40,106 bases of DNA from Phenylobacterium sp. GTDB taxonomy: Bacteria > Pseudomonadota > Alphaproteobacteria > Caulobacterales > Caulobacteraceae. The DNA lies in the NCBI GenBank assembly GCA_046092925.1, contig JBJTEN010000050.1:1-40106 (forward strand), in the 5' to 3' direction. The position numbers and the translations under genes were made by a program. This document shows, piece by piece, positions 30,488 to 40,106 of the stretch; the first letter of the stretch is position 1, and the number at the start of each line of letters is the position of its first letter. Under the pieces are notes generated by a model. That model saw nothing but the letters and a program-made list of their open reading frames with translations, ran no database searches and had not been told where the DNA came from.

Positions 30488-30712
30488 CTATTTGCGGGTG
30501 AAGCCGCCGAACTTGGCGTTGAACCTGGAGACGCGGCCGCCGCGGTCCAGCAACTGCTGGTTGCCGCCCGTCCAGGCCGGATGGGTCTTGGGATCGATGT
30601 CCAGGTTGAGGGTCGCCCCTTCCTTCCCGTAGGTCGAGCGGGTCTGGTAGCTGGAGCCGTCGGTCATCACCACCGTGATGAAGTGATAGTCGGGATGGGT
30701 GTCTTGTTTCAT
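30488..30712 (-). CDS. rpmE: 50S ribosomal protein L31 (no zinc-ribbon Cys)
   Basis: [48 protein letters not shown]...[11 protein letters not shown]. Confidence 0.97.
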   Translation of the reverse strand: MKQDTHPDYHFITVVMTDGSSYQTRSTYGKEGATLNLDIDPKTHPAWTGGNQQLLDRGGRVSRFNAKFGGFTRK

Positions 30713-30832
30713 CTCGGGATCATCCGACGTAAAGGAGCGGCCAGTTTCAGTCCGCCGACCCCCGGCCAGCCGGGGGGCGGAAAGCGCGCCTTCTACAGCA
30801 AAGGGCGCCGGTAGAGCAAGGGCGTGGTCCGG

Positions 30833-32674
30833 ATGACCGAGAGTTCCGTCGAAACCCCGGTGGAGGGACGCCCCAGCGCGGGCGGCGCCCTGGCCCAGGA
30901 CATGGAGGCGGCGGCCGAACGCCGGGCCTCGACCCGCAACCTGAAGGCCTTGTTCACCCTCTGGCCGATCCTGAAGGCCCATGGCGCCGAGGCCGCCATC
31001 GCCGGCGTCCTCATGGTCGCCACCTCGGCCGCGACCCTCGGGATGACCGGCGCCGTCCGCCTGTTGGTCGACCACCTGACATCCGACCAAAGCGGGGCCC
31101 CCGTGGATCCCTGGTTCTGGCTGCTGGGCGCCGTGGCCGTGGCGCTGGGGCTCTTCACGGCCCTGCGGTACTACTGGGTCACCCGCCTCGGGGAACGGAT
31201 CGTCGCCGACCTTCGCAAGTCGGTCTACGGCCACATCCTGACCCTCGATCCCGCCTTCTTCATGGCCACCAGAACCGGCGAGGTCCTGTCGCGCCTGACC
31301 ACCGACATCCAGATCATCGAGAACCTGCTGGCGACGACGGCGTCGGTCTTTCTCCGCAACACCCTGATCCTGATCGGCGCCCTCGTCCTGATGCTGCTGG
31401 TCAGTCCCGAGCTGACCCTGCTTGTGCTTCTGATCATTCCGGTGGTGGTGGTGCCCCTCTTCCTGTTCGCCCGCCCGCTGAGGAACCTGACCACCGCGAC
31501 CCAGGACGAGTTCGCCCGGGCCGTGGGGCATGCCGGCGAGACCCTCGACGCCCTGGAGACCGTGCAGGCCTTCGGGCGGGAACAGGCGGCGTCGGAGCGA
31601 TTCGGAGCGGCGGTCGAAAGGTCCTTCCGGACCTCGCTCCGGCGGATGACCGCCCGGGCGGTGATGACGGCGGCGGCCATCGTGCTGGTCTTCGGCGGCG
31701 TGGTCGCCGTCTTCTGGCTCGGCGTCCACGCGGGACAGCGGGGCGAGCTCAGCTGGGGGGCCCTCTTCCAGTTCGCCTTCCTGTCCGTCTTCGCCGCCAG
31801 CGCGGTCGGCGCCCTGGGGGAAATGTGGGGCGACGTTCAGAAGGCGGCGGGAGCCATGGAACGGATCGCCGAACTGCTTGGCGCGCAACCCGGGATCGCG
31901 CCGCCCGCCGACCCGCAGAAGCTGCCCGGCCGGGGGGAGGTCCGCTTTGAGGAGGTGGTCTTCGCCTATCCCGGACGGGAGACGACGCCGGCCCTGGATG
32001 GCTTTACCCTCACTGTCGCGCCCGGAGAGCGCGTGGCCCTCGTCGGGCCTTCGGGGGCCGGCAAGAGCACCGTCTTCCGCCTGCTGCTTCGTTTCTACGA
32101 CCCGGGTTCGGGCGTGGTCCGGATCGACGGGGTGGACCTGCGCAGGGCCGACCCCCAGGATATCCGCGCCCAGGCCGCCCTGGTGGCTCAGGACAGTCCC
32201 CTCTTCTCCGGTTCGGCGGCGGAGAACATCGCCTTCGGGCGCGAGGGAGCGGGCGACGACGAGGTTCGGGCCGCGGCCCGGGCCGCCCAGGCGGAAGGGT
32301 TCATCGCAACCCTTCCCGAAGGCTTCGATACGGCGCTCGGCGAGCGGGCGAGGGGCCTGTCAGGCGGCCAGCGGCAGCGACTGGCCATCGCCCGGGCCCT
32401 GGTCCGCCGCGCGCCCATCCTGCTGCTGGACGAGGCGACCAGCGCCCTCGACGCCGAGAACGAGAAGCTGGTTCAGGAGGCCCTGGACGAAGCCATGCGC
32501 GACCGCACCACCCTGGTCATCGCCCATCGTCTCGCCACCGTCCTGAAGGCCGACCGGATCGTGGTGATGGACGCCGGACGGGTGGTCGAGACTGGCTCCC
32601 ACGCCGAGCTGATCGCCCGCGGCGGGCTTTACGCCCGGCTGGCCGCCCTGCAGTTCACGGACGGCGCGGACTGA
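30833..32674 (+). CDS. MsbA-related ABC transporter, fused permease and ATPase
   Basis: Six-TM domain, Walker [29 protein letters not shown]. Confidence 0.93.
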   Translation: MTESSVETPVEGRPSAGGALAQDMEAAAERRASTRNLKALFTLWPILKAHGAEAAIAGVLMVATSAATLGMTGAVRLLVDHLTSDQSGAPVDPWFWLLGAVAVALGLFTALRYYWVTRLGERIVADLRKSVYGHILTLDPAFFMATRTGEVLSRLTTDIQIIENLLATTASVFLRNTLILIGALVLMLLVSPELTLLVLLIIPVVVVPLFLFARPLRNLTTATQDEFARAVGHAGETLDALETVQAFGREQAASERFGAAVERSFRTSLRRMTARAVMTAAAIVLVFGGVVAVFWLGVHAGQRGELSWGALFQFAFLSVFAASAVGALGEMWGDVQKAAGAMERIAELLGAQPGIAPPADPQKLPGRGEVRFEEVVFAYPGRETTPALDGFTLTVAPGERVALVGPSGAGKSTVFRLLLRFYDPGSGVVRIDGVDLRRADPQDIRAQAALVAQDSPLFSGSAAENIAFGREGAGDDEVRAAARAAQAEGFIATLPEGFDTALGERARGLSGGQRQRLAIARALVRRAPILLLDEATSALDAENEKLVQEALDEAMRDRTTLVIAHRLATVLKADRIVVMDAGRVVETGSHAELIARGGLYARLAALQFTDGAD

Positions 32675-33752
32675 GGGATTCGCCGTCCCTGGCGGCCACG
32701 GCGAGGTCCGGGAAGTCGCAGAAGACCCCGTCCACCCCCGCCGCGTAGAGCGCCTTCAGGAGGCTGGCCGGGTCGCCATGGGCGCCGGCGCCCTCCCCGC
32801 GCTGAAGGGCCCTCGGGAGGAAGGCGTTCTCGGCGCGAACCGTCCAGGGAAAGACCTTGAGCCGGGCCGCCCGCGCCGCGGCGACCAGGGGCGTCGGCCC
32901 GGCCAGAGCGCCGGCCTCATCCAACTTCAGGACCAGACGCCATTCAGGACCCACTGCCTGGGCGTAGCCGGCGATGGCCATCAGCCCCTCGGCGGTCACC
33001 ATGTCCTGATAGCGGACGCCCGGCAGGTCGGCCGGTCCGCCCTCGGCCGAGACCAGCTGGACCCGGGACGCGCTCGAAAGGGTGGCGAGGGTCTTCAGGG
33101 GGCCGACCTCGAAGCACTGGACCAGAACCGGGGCCGAGGGCGAGTCGAGGCGCTCGGCCTTCAGGGCGGCGGCCATGATGGGCTCGAAGGCGAGCCCCAG
33201 CCGCCGGAAGTGTGCAGGATGCTTCATCTCGGGGCAGATCCCGATCGTCCGGCCGGTGCGGGCCGACTCCCGCCGCGCAATGGCCGCGACTTCGGCGAAG
33301 GTCAGGATCTCGTCCTCGCCGTCGTGGCGGGCGCTGTCGGGGCGCAGCTGGGGCAGGCGCTCGCGGGCACGAAGGGTCTTCAGCTCCGCCAGGGTGAAGT
33401 CCTCTGTGAACCAGCCGTCGAACCGCTCGCCGTCAATCTCCTGGACCCGGCGACGGCTGGCGAACTCGGGCCGGGAGGCGACGTCGGTGGTGTCGCCGAT
33501 ATCATTCTCGTGCCGCGCCACGAGGACGCCGTCCTTGGTCAGGACAAGGTCGGGCTCGATGACGTCGGCGCCCTGGGCGATGGCCAGGCGGTAGGCCGAG
33601 GCGGTGTGCTCGGGCCGGTAGCCGCTGGCGCCGCGATGGGCGATGACCTGGGGGCGGGGCGAAGCGGAGGCGGTGCGGGCGGAGGCCATGAGGGCTCCTG
33701 CGGCGGCGAAGCCGACGCCGAAGGCGCGGCGCGAGGGACGGATCTGGACCAT
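32655..33752 (-). CDS. Glycerophosphodiester phosphodiesterase with Tat signal peptide
   Basis: SRRAF twin-arginine leader, IAHRGASGYRPEHT, IEPDLVLTKDG..VARH, GVDGVFCDFPD. Confidence 0.92.
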   Translation of the reverse strand: MVQIRPSRRAFGVGFAAAGALMASARTASASPRPQVIAHRGASGYRPEHTASAYRLAIAQGADVIEPDLVLTKDGVLVARHENDIGDTTDVASRPEFASRRRVQEIDGERFDGWFTEDFTLAELKTLRARERLPQLRPDSARHDGEDEILTFAEVAAIARRESARTGRTIGICPEMKHPAHFRRLGLAFEPIMAAALKAERLDSPSAPVLVQCFEVGPLKTLATLSSASRVQLVSAEGGPADLPGVRYQDMVTAEGLMAIAGYAQAVGPEWRLVLKLDEAGALAGPTPLVAAARAARLKVFPWTVRAENAFLPRALQRGEGAGAHGDPASLLKALYAAGVDGVFCDFPDLAVAARDGESLSPRRP

Positions 33753-33806
33753 GGGCCCCGACTAACGCAGGGGCGTGACGGTTTCGTCAACCCGGCGCCG
33801 GGGCGC

Positions 33807-34601
33807 TCAGGCCGCGGCGCGCAGTCGCTCGAGAATCAGGGGGTGCAGGTCCAGGTTGGCGGCGCAGACGCTGCCGGCGGCCAAGACGTCGTCGCCGCCC
33901 TCGGCGGTGGTCACCTTGCCGCCCGCCTCCGTCACCAGCAGAAGGCCCGCCGCCAGGTCCCAGGCGCTGAGGTCCCGCTCCCAGAAGCCATCCATGCGAC
34001 CGGCCGCCACCCAGGCCAGGTCGAGGGCCGCCGCGCCGAACCGGCGGACCCCGGCGACGCGCTGGCTGATCTGGTGGAGCTCCTTCAGGAACCGGGCGTG
34101 CTGACCATGGACGAGGAAGGGAATGCCGGTGGCCAGGACCGACTCGTCCAGGCGCTGGCGGGCGGCGACGCGCAGCCGGCGATCGTTGACGAAAGCGCCC
34201 TTGCCCTTCTCGGCCCAGAAGAGCTCGTTGGATACGGGATTGTAGGTGACCGCGGCCACCACCGCCCCCTCGCGCTGGAGGGCGATGTTGATGGCGAAGT
34301 GCGGGATGGCGTGCAGGAAGTTGGTGGTGCCGTCCAGGGGGTCGACGATCCAGGTGTGGGTCTTGTCCGTGCCCTCGATCAGGCCCCGTTCCTCGCCGAG
34401 GAACCCGTAGCCCGGCCGGGCCTTGGTCAGGCTCTCGAAGATCGACTGTTCGGCCTTGATGTCGGCGGCGGAGACGAAGTCGGCGGCGCCCTTTCTCGAG
34501 ACCTGAAGCTCGGCCAGCTCGCCGAAGTCGCGGTTGAGGCCCCGGGCCGCCTTGCGGGCGGCGTCGGACATGACCTTGAGGAGGGCGGACTGGGTCGACA
34601 T
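33807..34601 (-). CDS. suhB: Inositol monophosphatase family protein (SuhB)
   Basis: DFVSAAD, LGEE, WIVDPLDGTTNF, RRFGAAALDL, WDLAAG. Confidence 0.9.
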   Translation of the reverse strand: MSTQSALLKVMSDAARKAARGLNRDFGELAELQVSRKGAADFVSAADIKAEQSIFESLTKARPGYGFLGEERGLIEGTDKTHTWIVDPLDGTTNFLHAIPHFAINIALQREGAVVAAVTYNPVSNELFWAEKGKGAFVNDRRLRVAARQRLDESVLATGIPFLVHGQHARFLKELHQISQRVAGVRRFGAAALDLAWVAAGRMDGFWERDLSAWDLAAGLLLVTEAGGKVTTAEGGDDVLAAGSVCAANLDLHPLILERLRAAA

Positions 34602-34630
34602 GGGGCGCGGACCCTAGTGGTCCGGGCGCC

Positions 34631-35302
34631 TCAAGGCAAGGCGGCGCCGGAGCCTGCCCGGTCCGCCAGGCCCCCGGCGATGGCTGCATTGAGGGCGCGC
34701 ACCGCCTCGGCCTCGCCCTCAGGATGGCTCCAGACCCCGGAGGACACCGCAATGAAGTCCGCCCCCGCGGCGACCAGGCCGCGGGCGTTGTCGGGCGTGA
34801 TCCCGCCGATGGCCACGCAGGGCGTCTCCATTGTCTCCTGCCAGACCGACAAGATCTCCGGGTCCGCCCGGGTCGGGGCGTCCTTGGTGGAGGTGGGAAA
34901 AAAGGCGCCGAAGGCGACATAGTCGGCCCCCAGCTCCGCCGCGTCCATGGCGAGGTGCCGGCTGTCGTGGCAGGTGACCCCGACAATCCTGTCCCGGCCG
35001 ACAAGGCGGCGGGCCTCGGCGCAGGAGGCGTCCGACTGGCCCACGTGCACCCCGTCGCAATCCAGCCTCGCGGCGAGGGCCGGATCGTCGTTCAGGATCA
35101 GGGCGACATCATGGGCGCGGGCGACGGGACCAAGCGCGCGCACCACCTTAGTGATCTCTTCCTCCGAAGCGCCCTTCAGGCGAATCTGAAGGGCGGCGAC
35201 GTCTCCGGCCGACAGGGCGGCCTCCAGACGCCTGGCGAAGGCGGCGATATCGTCCAGCCGGGGCGGCGTGATCAGGTAGAGGCGGCAGTGGAGAGCGGAC
35301 AT
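34631..35302 (-). CDS. thiE: Thiamine-phosphate synthase
   Basis: [51 protein letters not shown] before ATG 35302. Confidence 0.92.
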   Translation of the reverse strand: MSALHCRLYLITPPRLDDIAAFARRLEAALSAGDVAALQIRLKGASEEEITKVVRALGPVARAHDVALILNDDPALAARLDCDGVHVGQSDASCAEARRLVGRDRIVGVTCHDSRHLAMDAAELGADYVAFGAFFPTSTKDAPTRADPEILSVWQETMETPCVAIGGITPDNARGLVAAGADFIAVSSGVWSHPEGEAEAVRALNAAIAGGLADRAGSGAALP

Positions 35303-35395
35303 GTCGTCCTTTTCGCCTCCCCCGGCCGGACGCCCAAGGCCGCCGGGTCCGGAATGTATTGGGCGGCGGGTCGGGCGGTGGTAAGGCCCCGCCCG

Positions 35396-35878
35396 ATGTT
35401 CCTGCTTTCCGATGACCTTGCGTCCCTCCGCCGAGAGCTTGACGCCGCCGATAGCGCCACGGCGGTCCTCCAGGCTCGCTGCGAGGCCCTCGGCCTGCCC
35501 GGCGGGCCGCTGGTGCGCGCCCGGGTCGAGCCCTGCGACGGGGTGGCGGATGCGGCGGTGAGCGGCGGGCTGAGGGCGGCGCCGGAAGAGGTCCTGGCCT
35601 GCCGCAAGGTCCGCCTGGTGTGGGGCGACCACACCCTGTCCCGGGCGGTGAACTGGTACCGGCCCGCACGGCTGACGGCGGACATGCGCCGGCGGCTGGC
35701 GGAAACGGACGAGCCCTTCGGGGTGGTCGCCCGCCCCCTCGGCTACCGCAGGGTCCGACGCGAGACCCGTCTGGTCGAGGAGGCCGGACGTCCGCCCTAC
35801 CTGCATTGCCGGGCCACCCTGGAGACCCCGGACGGAGAACCCTTGGCCCTGGTGGAGGAGATCTACCCGGGGGAGTGA
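35396..35878 (+). CDS. Hypothetical protein with a probable chorismate-lyase (UbiC-like) fold
   Basis: The pattern DSATAVL ... RKVRL ... LSRAVNW ... PFG ... R ... [10 protein letters not shown] resembles the UbiC S-x-T, R-x-V-x-L, PLG and E-x-F elements. Confidence 0.55.
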   Translation: MFLLSDDLASLRRELDAADSATAVLQARCEALGLPGGPLVRARVEPCDGVADAAVSGGLRAAPEEVLACRKVRLVWGDHTLSRAVNWYRPARLTADMRRRLAETDEPFGVVARPLGYRRVRRETRLVEEAGRPPYLHCRATLETPDGEPLALVEEIYPGE

Positions 35879-35908
35879 GGCGGACGCCTTCGGGTCAGGC
35901 CGAGGGGA

Positions 35909-37849
35909 TCAGGCGGCTTCGGGAAGGGCGCCGGCGAGGCCCTGAGGGTCGGCGACGGGCGCCGGCTTGCGGACCGGCGGGAGCCGCGGCGCCAGGTCCA
36001 GTTCCTCGGGCGTCAGAAGGAAGCCGGCGCGGCGGGCCGCAGCGCCGATCTCGACCCGCGACCCGAGGAGGGAGATGGCCGGAGCGGCCAGAAGGGGCAG
36101 GACGATGGGCAGGAACACAAGGGTCAGGTCCGGACGCGCCGCCAGGGCCGCCGCGAATACGACGCCGGCCCGGACCTCCCAGGCGTGGGCGGCGAAGGCC
36201 TCGGACCAGCGCATGCGGCCAGCCTCCCGCTGCTGCGGTCGCCATCCGGCGTCCCGGCCAGAGAAGATCTCGATCAGCATCCGGGTGTGGCTGACCATCA
36301 TGATGGGCGCCATCACCATCGACATGAAGACTTCCAGGGCCACGCCCGGCAGGATGAATCCGGCGCCGCCGAAGGCCTCCCGGTCGCGGCGGCGCAGGAG
36401 CACGAGCAGGCTCCCGAACAGCTTCGGCCCGAACAACAGGAACCAGGACAGGCCAGCCATCCACATGACCACCAGCCCGTCCTGGCGGGGCTCCACAATC
36501 GTCCTCCACCCGTGAAGGGTGTAGACCTCAAGAAGGCGCGGTTCGGTGTGGAACTGGATCACAAGGCCGGTCAACAGGGCCAGGAACCAGAGCGGCGAGG
36601 CGAGGTAGGCCATGACGCCGATCAGCATCTGGAGCCGGCTCATGGGATGCAGACCGTTCGCCGTCAGCAGGCGCAGGTGCTGCATGTTGCCCTGGCACCA
36701 GCGCCGGTCGCGGGCCAGGAAGGCCTGCAGGCCGGGCGGCGCTTCTTCATAACTGCCGGGCAGGGCGCCGGTCATGTGCACGGCCCAGCCCTGGCGGCGC
36801 AGATAGGCGGCCTCGACGGAGTCATGGCTCATGACATGACCGCCGAAGGGCTTGCGGCCGGGCAGGACGGGCAGCCCGCAGGACTCGGCGAAGGCCCGCA
36901 CCCGGACGATGGCGTTATGCCCGAAATAGGCGGACTCGGGGCCGGACCACCAGGCCATGCCGGTGGCCGCCACCCGGCCGTAGAGGCGCACGCCGAACTG
37001 CTGGACGCGCTGGTAGAGGGTCTCGGCGTTCAGGATGGCGGGGGTGGTCTGGATCAGACCCGCCTGCGGCCGCCGGTCCATGGCGTCCACAAGGTGCAGG
37101 AGGGTTTCCCCGGCCATCAGGCTGTCGGCGTCCAGAATGACCATGTAGGGGTAGGCGCCGCCGAACCGGCGGACCCAGTCCGCAATGTTCCCCGCCTTCC
37201 GCTCGGTGTTCGCATCCCGGCGCCGGTAGTAGGCCCGGCAGCCTGCGCCAAGGCGGAAGGCCTGGAACGCGGTCCACTCCGCCTCCGCCGCCTCGGCGCA
37301 GGTGGAATCGGAGAGAATGAACAGGTCAAAGGCCGCCGAGGCGTCGAGCGCCCGCAAGCTCTCGTCGATCTGAGCAAGCCGGCCGAAGGCGGCCGAGGCG
37401 TCCTCGTTGTAGAGGGGCATCAGAAGCGCGGTGCGGACCTTCGACCGCCGCGGACGATCCGGGAAGTCAAAGTGGTCGCGGTCGCCGCGCACCATCTGCA
37501 GGACGAGGCCGGCGAAGGCGCTGCAGAACCATCCGGACAAGGGGATGATCAAGGCCGAGAACAGGCAGAGCGCGAGGATTTCAAGGGCGGTGAACCCGTC
37601 CTCGGCATAGACCCTGGCGGGGGTCAGGAAGGCGAACAGGGCCAGGGAGAGGGTGGCCAGGAGCATGACGGCCCGGCGCAGGCCCAGGCCTGGCGCGGTC
37701 TGGATCGGAGGCGGTGCGCCGCCATCCGCCAGCCCCTGGCGAGGCATGTCCAGCGGGGCTTCATCGGGAAGCCAGGAGCGCACGGGGCGGGGGCCGGACC
37801 ATCCGGCGTCTGCCGACGCGCCGAACTCCCTGCTGCGAAGACCGTCCAT
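35909..37849 (-). CDS. opgH: Glucan biosynthesis glucosyltransferase H
   Basis: RTALLMPLYNED, ILSDS, RKAGN, LDADSLM, YFGHNAI, SHDSVE, RDRRWCQGN, and C-terminal TM helices. Confidence 0.93.
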   Translation of the reverse strand: MDGLRSREFGASADAGWSGPRPVRSWLPDEAPLDMPRQGLADGGAPPPIQTAPGLGLRRAVMLLATLSLALFAFLTPARVYAEDGFTALEILALCLFSALIIPLSGWFCSAFAGLVLQMVRGDRDHFDFPDRPRRSKVRTALLMPLYNEDASAAFGRLAQIDESLRALDASAAFDLFILSDSTCAEAAEAEWTAFQAFRLGAGCRAYYRRRDANTERKAGNIADWVRRFGGAYPYMVILDADSLMAGETLLHLVDAMDRRPQAGLIQTTPAILNAETLYQRVQQFGVRLYGRVAATGMAWWSGPESAYFGHNAIVRVRAFAESCGLPVLPGRKPFGGHVMSHDSVEAAYLRRQGWAVHMTGALPGSYEEAPPGLQAFLARDRRWCQGNMQHLRLLTANGLHPMSRLQMLIGVMAYLASPLWFLALLTGLVIQFHTEPRLLEVYTLHGWRTIVEPRQDGLVVMWMAGLSWFLLFGPKLFGSLLVLLRRRDREAFGGAGFILPGVALEVFMSMVMAPIMMVSHTRMLIEIFSGRDAGWRPQQREAGRMRWSEAFAAHAWEVRAGVVFAAALAARPDLTLVFLPIVLPLLAAPAISLLGSRVEIGAAARRAGFLLTPEELDLAPRLPPVRKPAPVADPQGLAGALPEAA

Positions 37850-37959
37850 CGCCCGCTGCCGCTCCTTCGCCCTGCCGACAAGGGCAGAGGATCACAAACG
37901 CGTTATGCTGCAGCGCCGCATATGCAATAACGGAAACGTGAACGCAAGCCTGTACGCTC

Positions 37960-38646
37960 TCAGGGCGACGGGATTCCCCAGGCGCCCTCTTTTTCGGCGC
38001 CGTGCTCCTGGGCCTCTGCCTCGGCCCGGGCCATGATCAGCAGTCGCCGCTCCAGCACATAGGCCGCCACGCCGGTCCAGCCCACCAGGACGATGGCGAA
38101 GGCCCGCTCCCACCATCCGACGTTATCGTCATTCACAAGGCCCTTGAAAATCAGGTGCTTGGTCAGGACGGTCAGGATCGCCATGACCACGAACACCCCC
38201 AGCAGGAAGATGCGGAGCCGCTCCATGCCCTCAAGGCGGCGCAGGGCCCACACCATGGCGAGGGGTGCAATCTGGATGCCGAGGCCGAGATTGATCGCCA
38301 GATGCCGGGGGTCCGGCCAGGGGTAGATGCTGGAAAGCACCAGGCCGACCCCCGCCAGGCCAAAGCACAGGGCGATGATCGCCGCGGAAAACCGGGCGCC
38401 GCCCAGGGCGATGACCGCCAGGGCGAAGCCGATCCCGGCAAGGCCAGCGCCCGCCCCTGACACCAGAACGCCGACGTTGAAGATGGCCGGGTGCGGGGCC
38501 GCCGCGCCGCCCAGCTCGCTGATGTACTGGGTGGCGTGATCAAAGCCGGGCCAGGTCAGGGCGGCGACGCCCACGCTGACATAGGCCAGAATGGGCGCGG
38601 CGATCCCGATCCGAAGCAGGAACCGGCGGCGGCGGACGCGGTTCAT
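37960..38646 (-). CDS. DUF998 family membrane protein
   Basis: PGFDHATQYISELG..AP..AIFN and GWWER, about 6 TM segments. ATGA overlap with the upstream stop. Confidence 0.78.
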   Translation of the reverse strand: MNRVRRRRFLLRIGIAAPILAYVSVGVAALTWPGFDHATQYISELGGAAAPHPAIFNVGVLVSGAGAGLAGIGFALAVIALGGARFSAAIIALCFGLAGVGLVLSSIYPWPDPRHLAINLGLGIQIAPLAMVWALRRLEGMERLRIFLLGVFVVMAILTVLTKHLIFKGLVNDDNVGWWERAFAIVLVGWTGVAAYVLERRLLIMARAEAEAQEHGAEKEGAWGIPSP

Positions 38647-39767
38647 GACTCCCTCCTCATGGGTTTCAGTCCCCAGAGCGGCCGAAGAAAGCCGATCCTG
38701 CGCACGATTTCGTAGACGGCGAGGCTTCCGCCAAGGGTGAAGAGGACAAGAATCGTCGCTTCGGCGCCGACGGGCAGGCCCCAGGGCTTCAGCACATGGG
38801 CGGCGATGACCAGCAGGGTCTGGTGGGCCAGGTAGCAGGGAAAGACCGCGTCGGTCAGGTACCTCAGGACCGGGCCATCCGCGCCGCGCAGGAGCTTGCT
38901 GCCGAATCCGAGGACGGCGCAGATGGTCGCCCACTGGTAGACCGCGAACACCAGGTTGGCCGGGGCGGAGGGCGCATGATGGATCGGCTGCGACAGGAGG
39001 ATGAGGGCTGGGAGGCTGGCGGCGGCGATGGCGAGGGCGGTCCAGCGCATCCGCTCGAACCGGACCCAGACGTCGTCTCGCAGGGCCAGCAGGAACCCGG
39101 TGAGGAAAACCCCCAGCGACATGGCGTGGTTGTAGGGATCGTCGGTGATGTGATTGGTCAGGCCCGCCCAGGGAAAGACCAGAAGCCGCAGAAGCGCCAG
39201 ATAGATCATCGGCACGATCAGCAGCCGGCCGCCCTCCAGAAGCCGCGCCAGCACGGACTCCAGCCAGGCGAAGAGGCGCGGGGAGCAGGCCAGGGCGAGG
39301 GTCGCGAGGCTGTAGACCGTGATGTAGAGGACGAACCAGACGTGGTTGAGAGGAACCCCGTTGCTCAGTCCTGACAGGCTGAACTCGGACAACCACCAGG
39401 CGCCCAGTCCGCCCGAATAGCTCCCCTTCTCGATCGCCTCGATCCAGGACTGGGGCGGCACCAGGACAAGGATTCCGAACAGCAGGGGCGGGATCAGCCG
39501 GCCGAACCTCTGGCGGAAGGACTCCGCCGGCGGCGTCTTGCGGACCAGGAACCTCAGGGCGACGCCCGAGACCATGAACAGAAGCGTCAGACGCCAGGGA
39601 TTGGTGACCAGGGCCGCCAGGCCGAGGGCCTCGACGGTGTGGGTGCTGCGCACATGCCAGTCCCAGGGCGCATAGACGAGGCCGACGTGGTAGAGGATGA
39701 GCACGCCGAAGGCGCCGACGCGGATCCAGTCGACGTCGGCCCGGCGCGGGTAGGCGGATGTGGTCAC
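38643..39767 (-). CDS. Acyltransferase_3 family protein (OpgC/MdoC-like glucan acyltransferase)
   Basis: RRADVDWIRV...LILYH, PWRLTLLFMVSG, RFGRLIPP, NHVWFV, YLTDAVFPCYLAHQT. Confidence 0.85.
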   Translation of the reverse strand: MTTSAYPRRADVDWIRVGAFGVLILYHVGLVYAPWDWHVRSTHTVEALGLAALVTNPWRLTLLFMVSGVALRFLVRKTPPAESFRQRFGRLIPPLLFGILVLVPPQSWIEAIEKGSYSGGLGAWWLSEFSLSGLSNGVPLNHVWFVLYITVYSLATLALACSPRLFAWLESVLARLLEGGRLLIVPMIYLALLRLLVFPWAGLTNHITDDPYNHAMSLGVFLTGFLLALRDDVWVRFERMRWTALAIAAASLPALILLSQPIHHAPSAPANLVFAVYQWATICAVLGFGSKLLRGADGPVLRYLTDAVFPCYLAHQTLLVIAAHVLKPWGLPVGAEATILVLFTLGGSLAVYEIVRRIGFLRPLWGLKPMRRES

Positions 39768-39996
39768 CGGCGGGCCCGAAGCCTCAACCGTTCAGATGGA
39801 CTCCCCTGAAAGCACAACTGAGGCTCTCCCTCTCAGCGAAAGGCGCATCCGGAGCCCGGGACCAGCGTCATCCCGGGCCGGCTGCTCTATGCGACGGGAA
39901 GGCCCGGTCTGTCCATCCGGCCCGCCGCGCTTGCCAGTCGTCTCTTCCCGGATCAGGCTTGCCTCCCGATCCGCTCACGGCCGCAGGGAGGCCCGA

Positions 39997-40106
39997 ATGA
40001 CCATTCAGCTGAGACAGATCGCCCTTGTCGCGGCGCGCCTTGAGCCCGTGCTCCAGGACCTCGAAGCGGAGTTCGGCCTGGCCCGGGCCCATATCGACCC
40101 CGGTGT
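39997..40106 (+). CDS. VOC/glyoxalase-like protein (partial, runs off the right edge)
   Basis: GGGAGG RBS then MTIQLRQIALVAARLEPVLQDLEAEFGLARAHIDPG. Only 36 codons are visible. Confidence 0.6.
   Translation, partial: MTIQLRQIALVAARLEPVLQDLEAEFGLARAHIDPG

Noticed and set aside
30488-31888. 466-aa ORF that looks like a fusion to L31, and the Cys-free L31 as a zinc-starvation paralog
   Set aside because: The extension is antisense to the ABC gene and the real start is 30712. Cys-free L31 is the usual alphaproteobacterial form.
32655-32674. 20-nt convergent overlap between the ABC and GDPD genes
   Set aside because: Short tail-to-tail overlaps are common in high-GC genomes.
35303-35395. TPP riboswitch upstream of thiE
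   Set aside because: The intergenic region is only about 93 nt and has no CTGAGA or other TPP core motifs.
39790-39840. Glycine riboswitch (GGAGAG...CTTTCAGG on the minus strand)
   Set aside because: It lacks the CCGAAG element and the tandem aptamer layout, and the downstream genes are unrelated to glycine.

Overview
High-GC (roughly 70% by eye) alphaproteobacterial chromosome segment, most likely Caulobacteraceae (Phenylobacterium-like), judged from a recognisable rcdA next to rpmE. About 1-28.5 kb is a dense acyl-CoA/lipid-type catabolic region: two tandem paralogous TonB-dependent receptors (the upstream one broken by two single-base frameshifts), a PhyH-type 2-oxoglutarate/Fe dioxygenase next to an HD-domain protein with a PhnZ-like ligand set, four crotonases, two SDRs, a Baeyer-Villiger monooxygenase, two paralogous D-aminoacylase-family amidohydrolases, an erythromycin-esterase-family protein, a hotdog-fold protein, a CaiB CoA-transferase, a thiolase, an MDR reductase, an MFS transporter, an ABC exporter and a regulator with two TetR domains. 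A recurrent non-coding 16-bp motif, T[GC]A-N7-GTAT[CG] (ideal palindrome TGATAC-N4-GTATCA), occurs eight times in promoter regions of this region and suggests an undescribed regulon. About 28.6-40.1 kb is mostly core genome: quinone oxidoreductase, DUF1192, rcdA, rpmE, ABC transporter, GDPD, suhB, thiE, a chorismate-lyase-like protein and an acyltransferase-DUF998-opgH glucan locus. I saw no rRNA, tRNA, CRISPR array or mobile element. All calls come from reading motifs by eye; no database searches were run.
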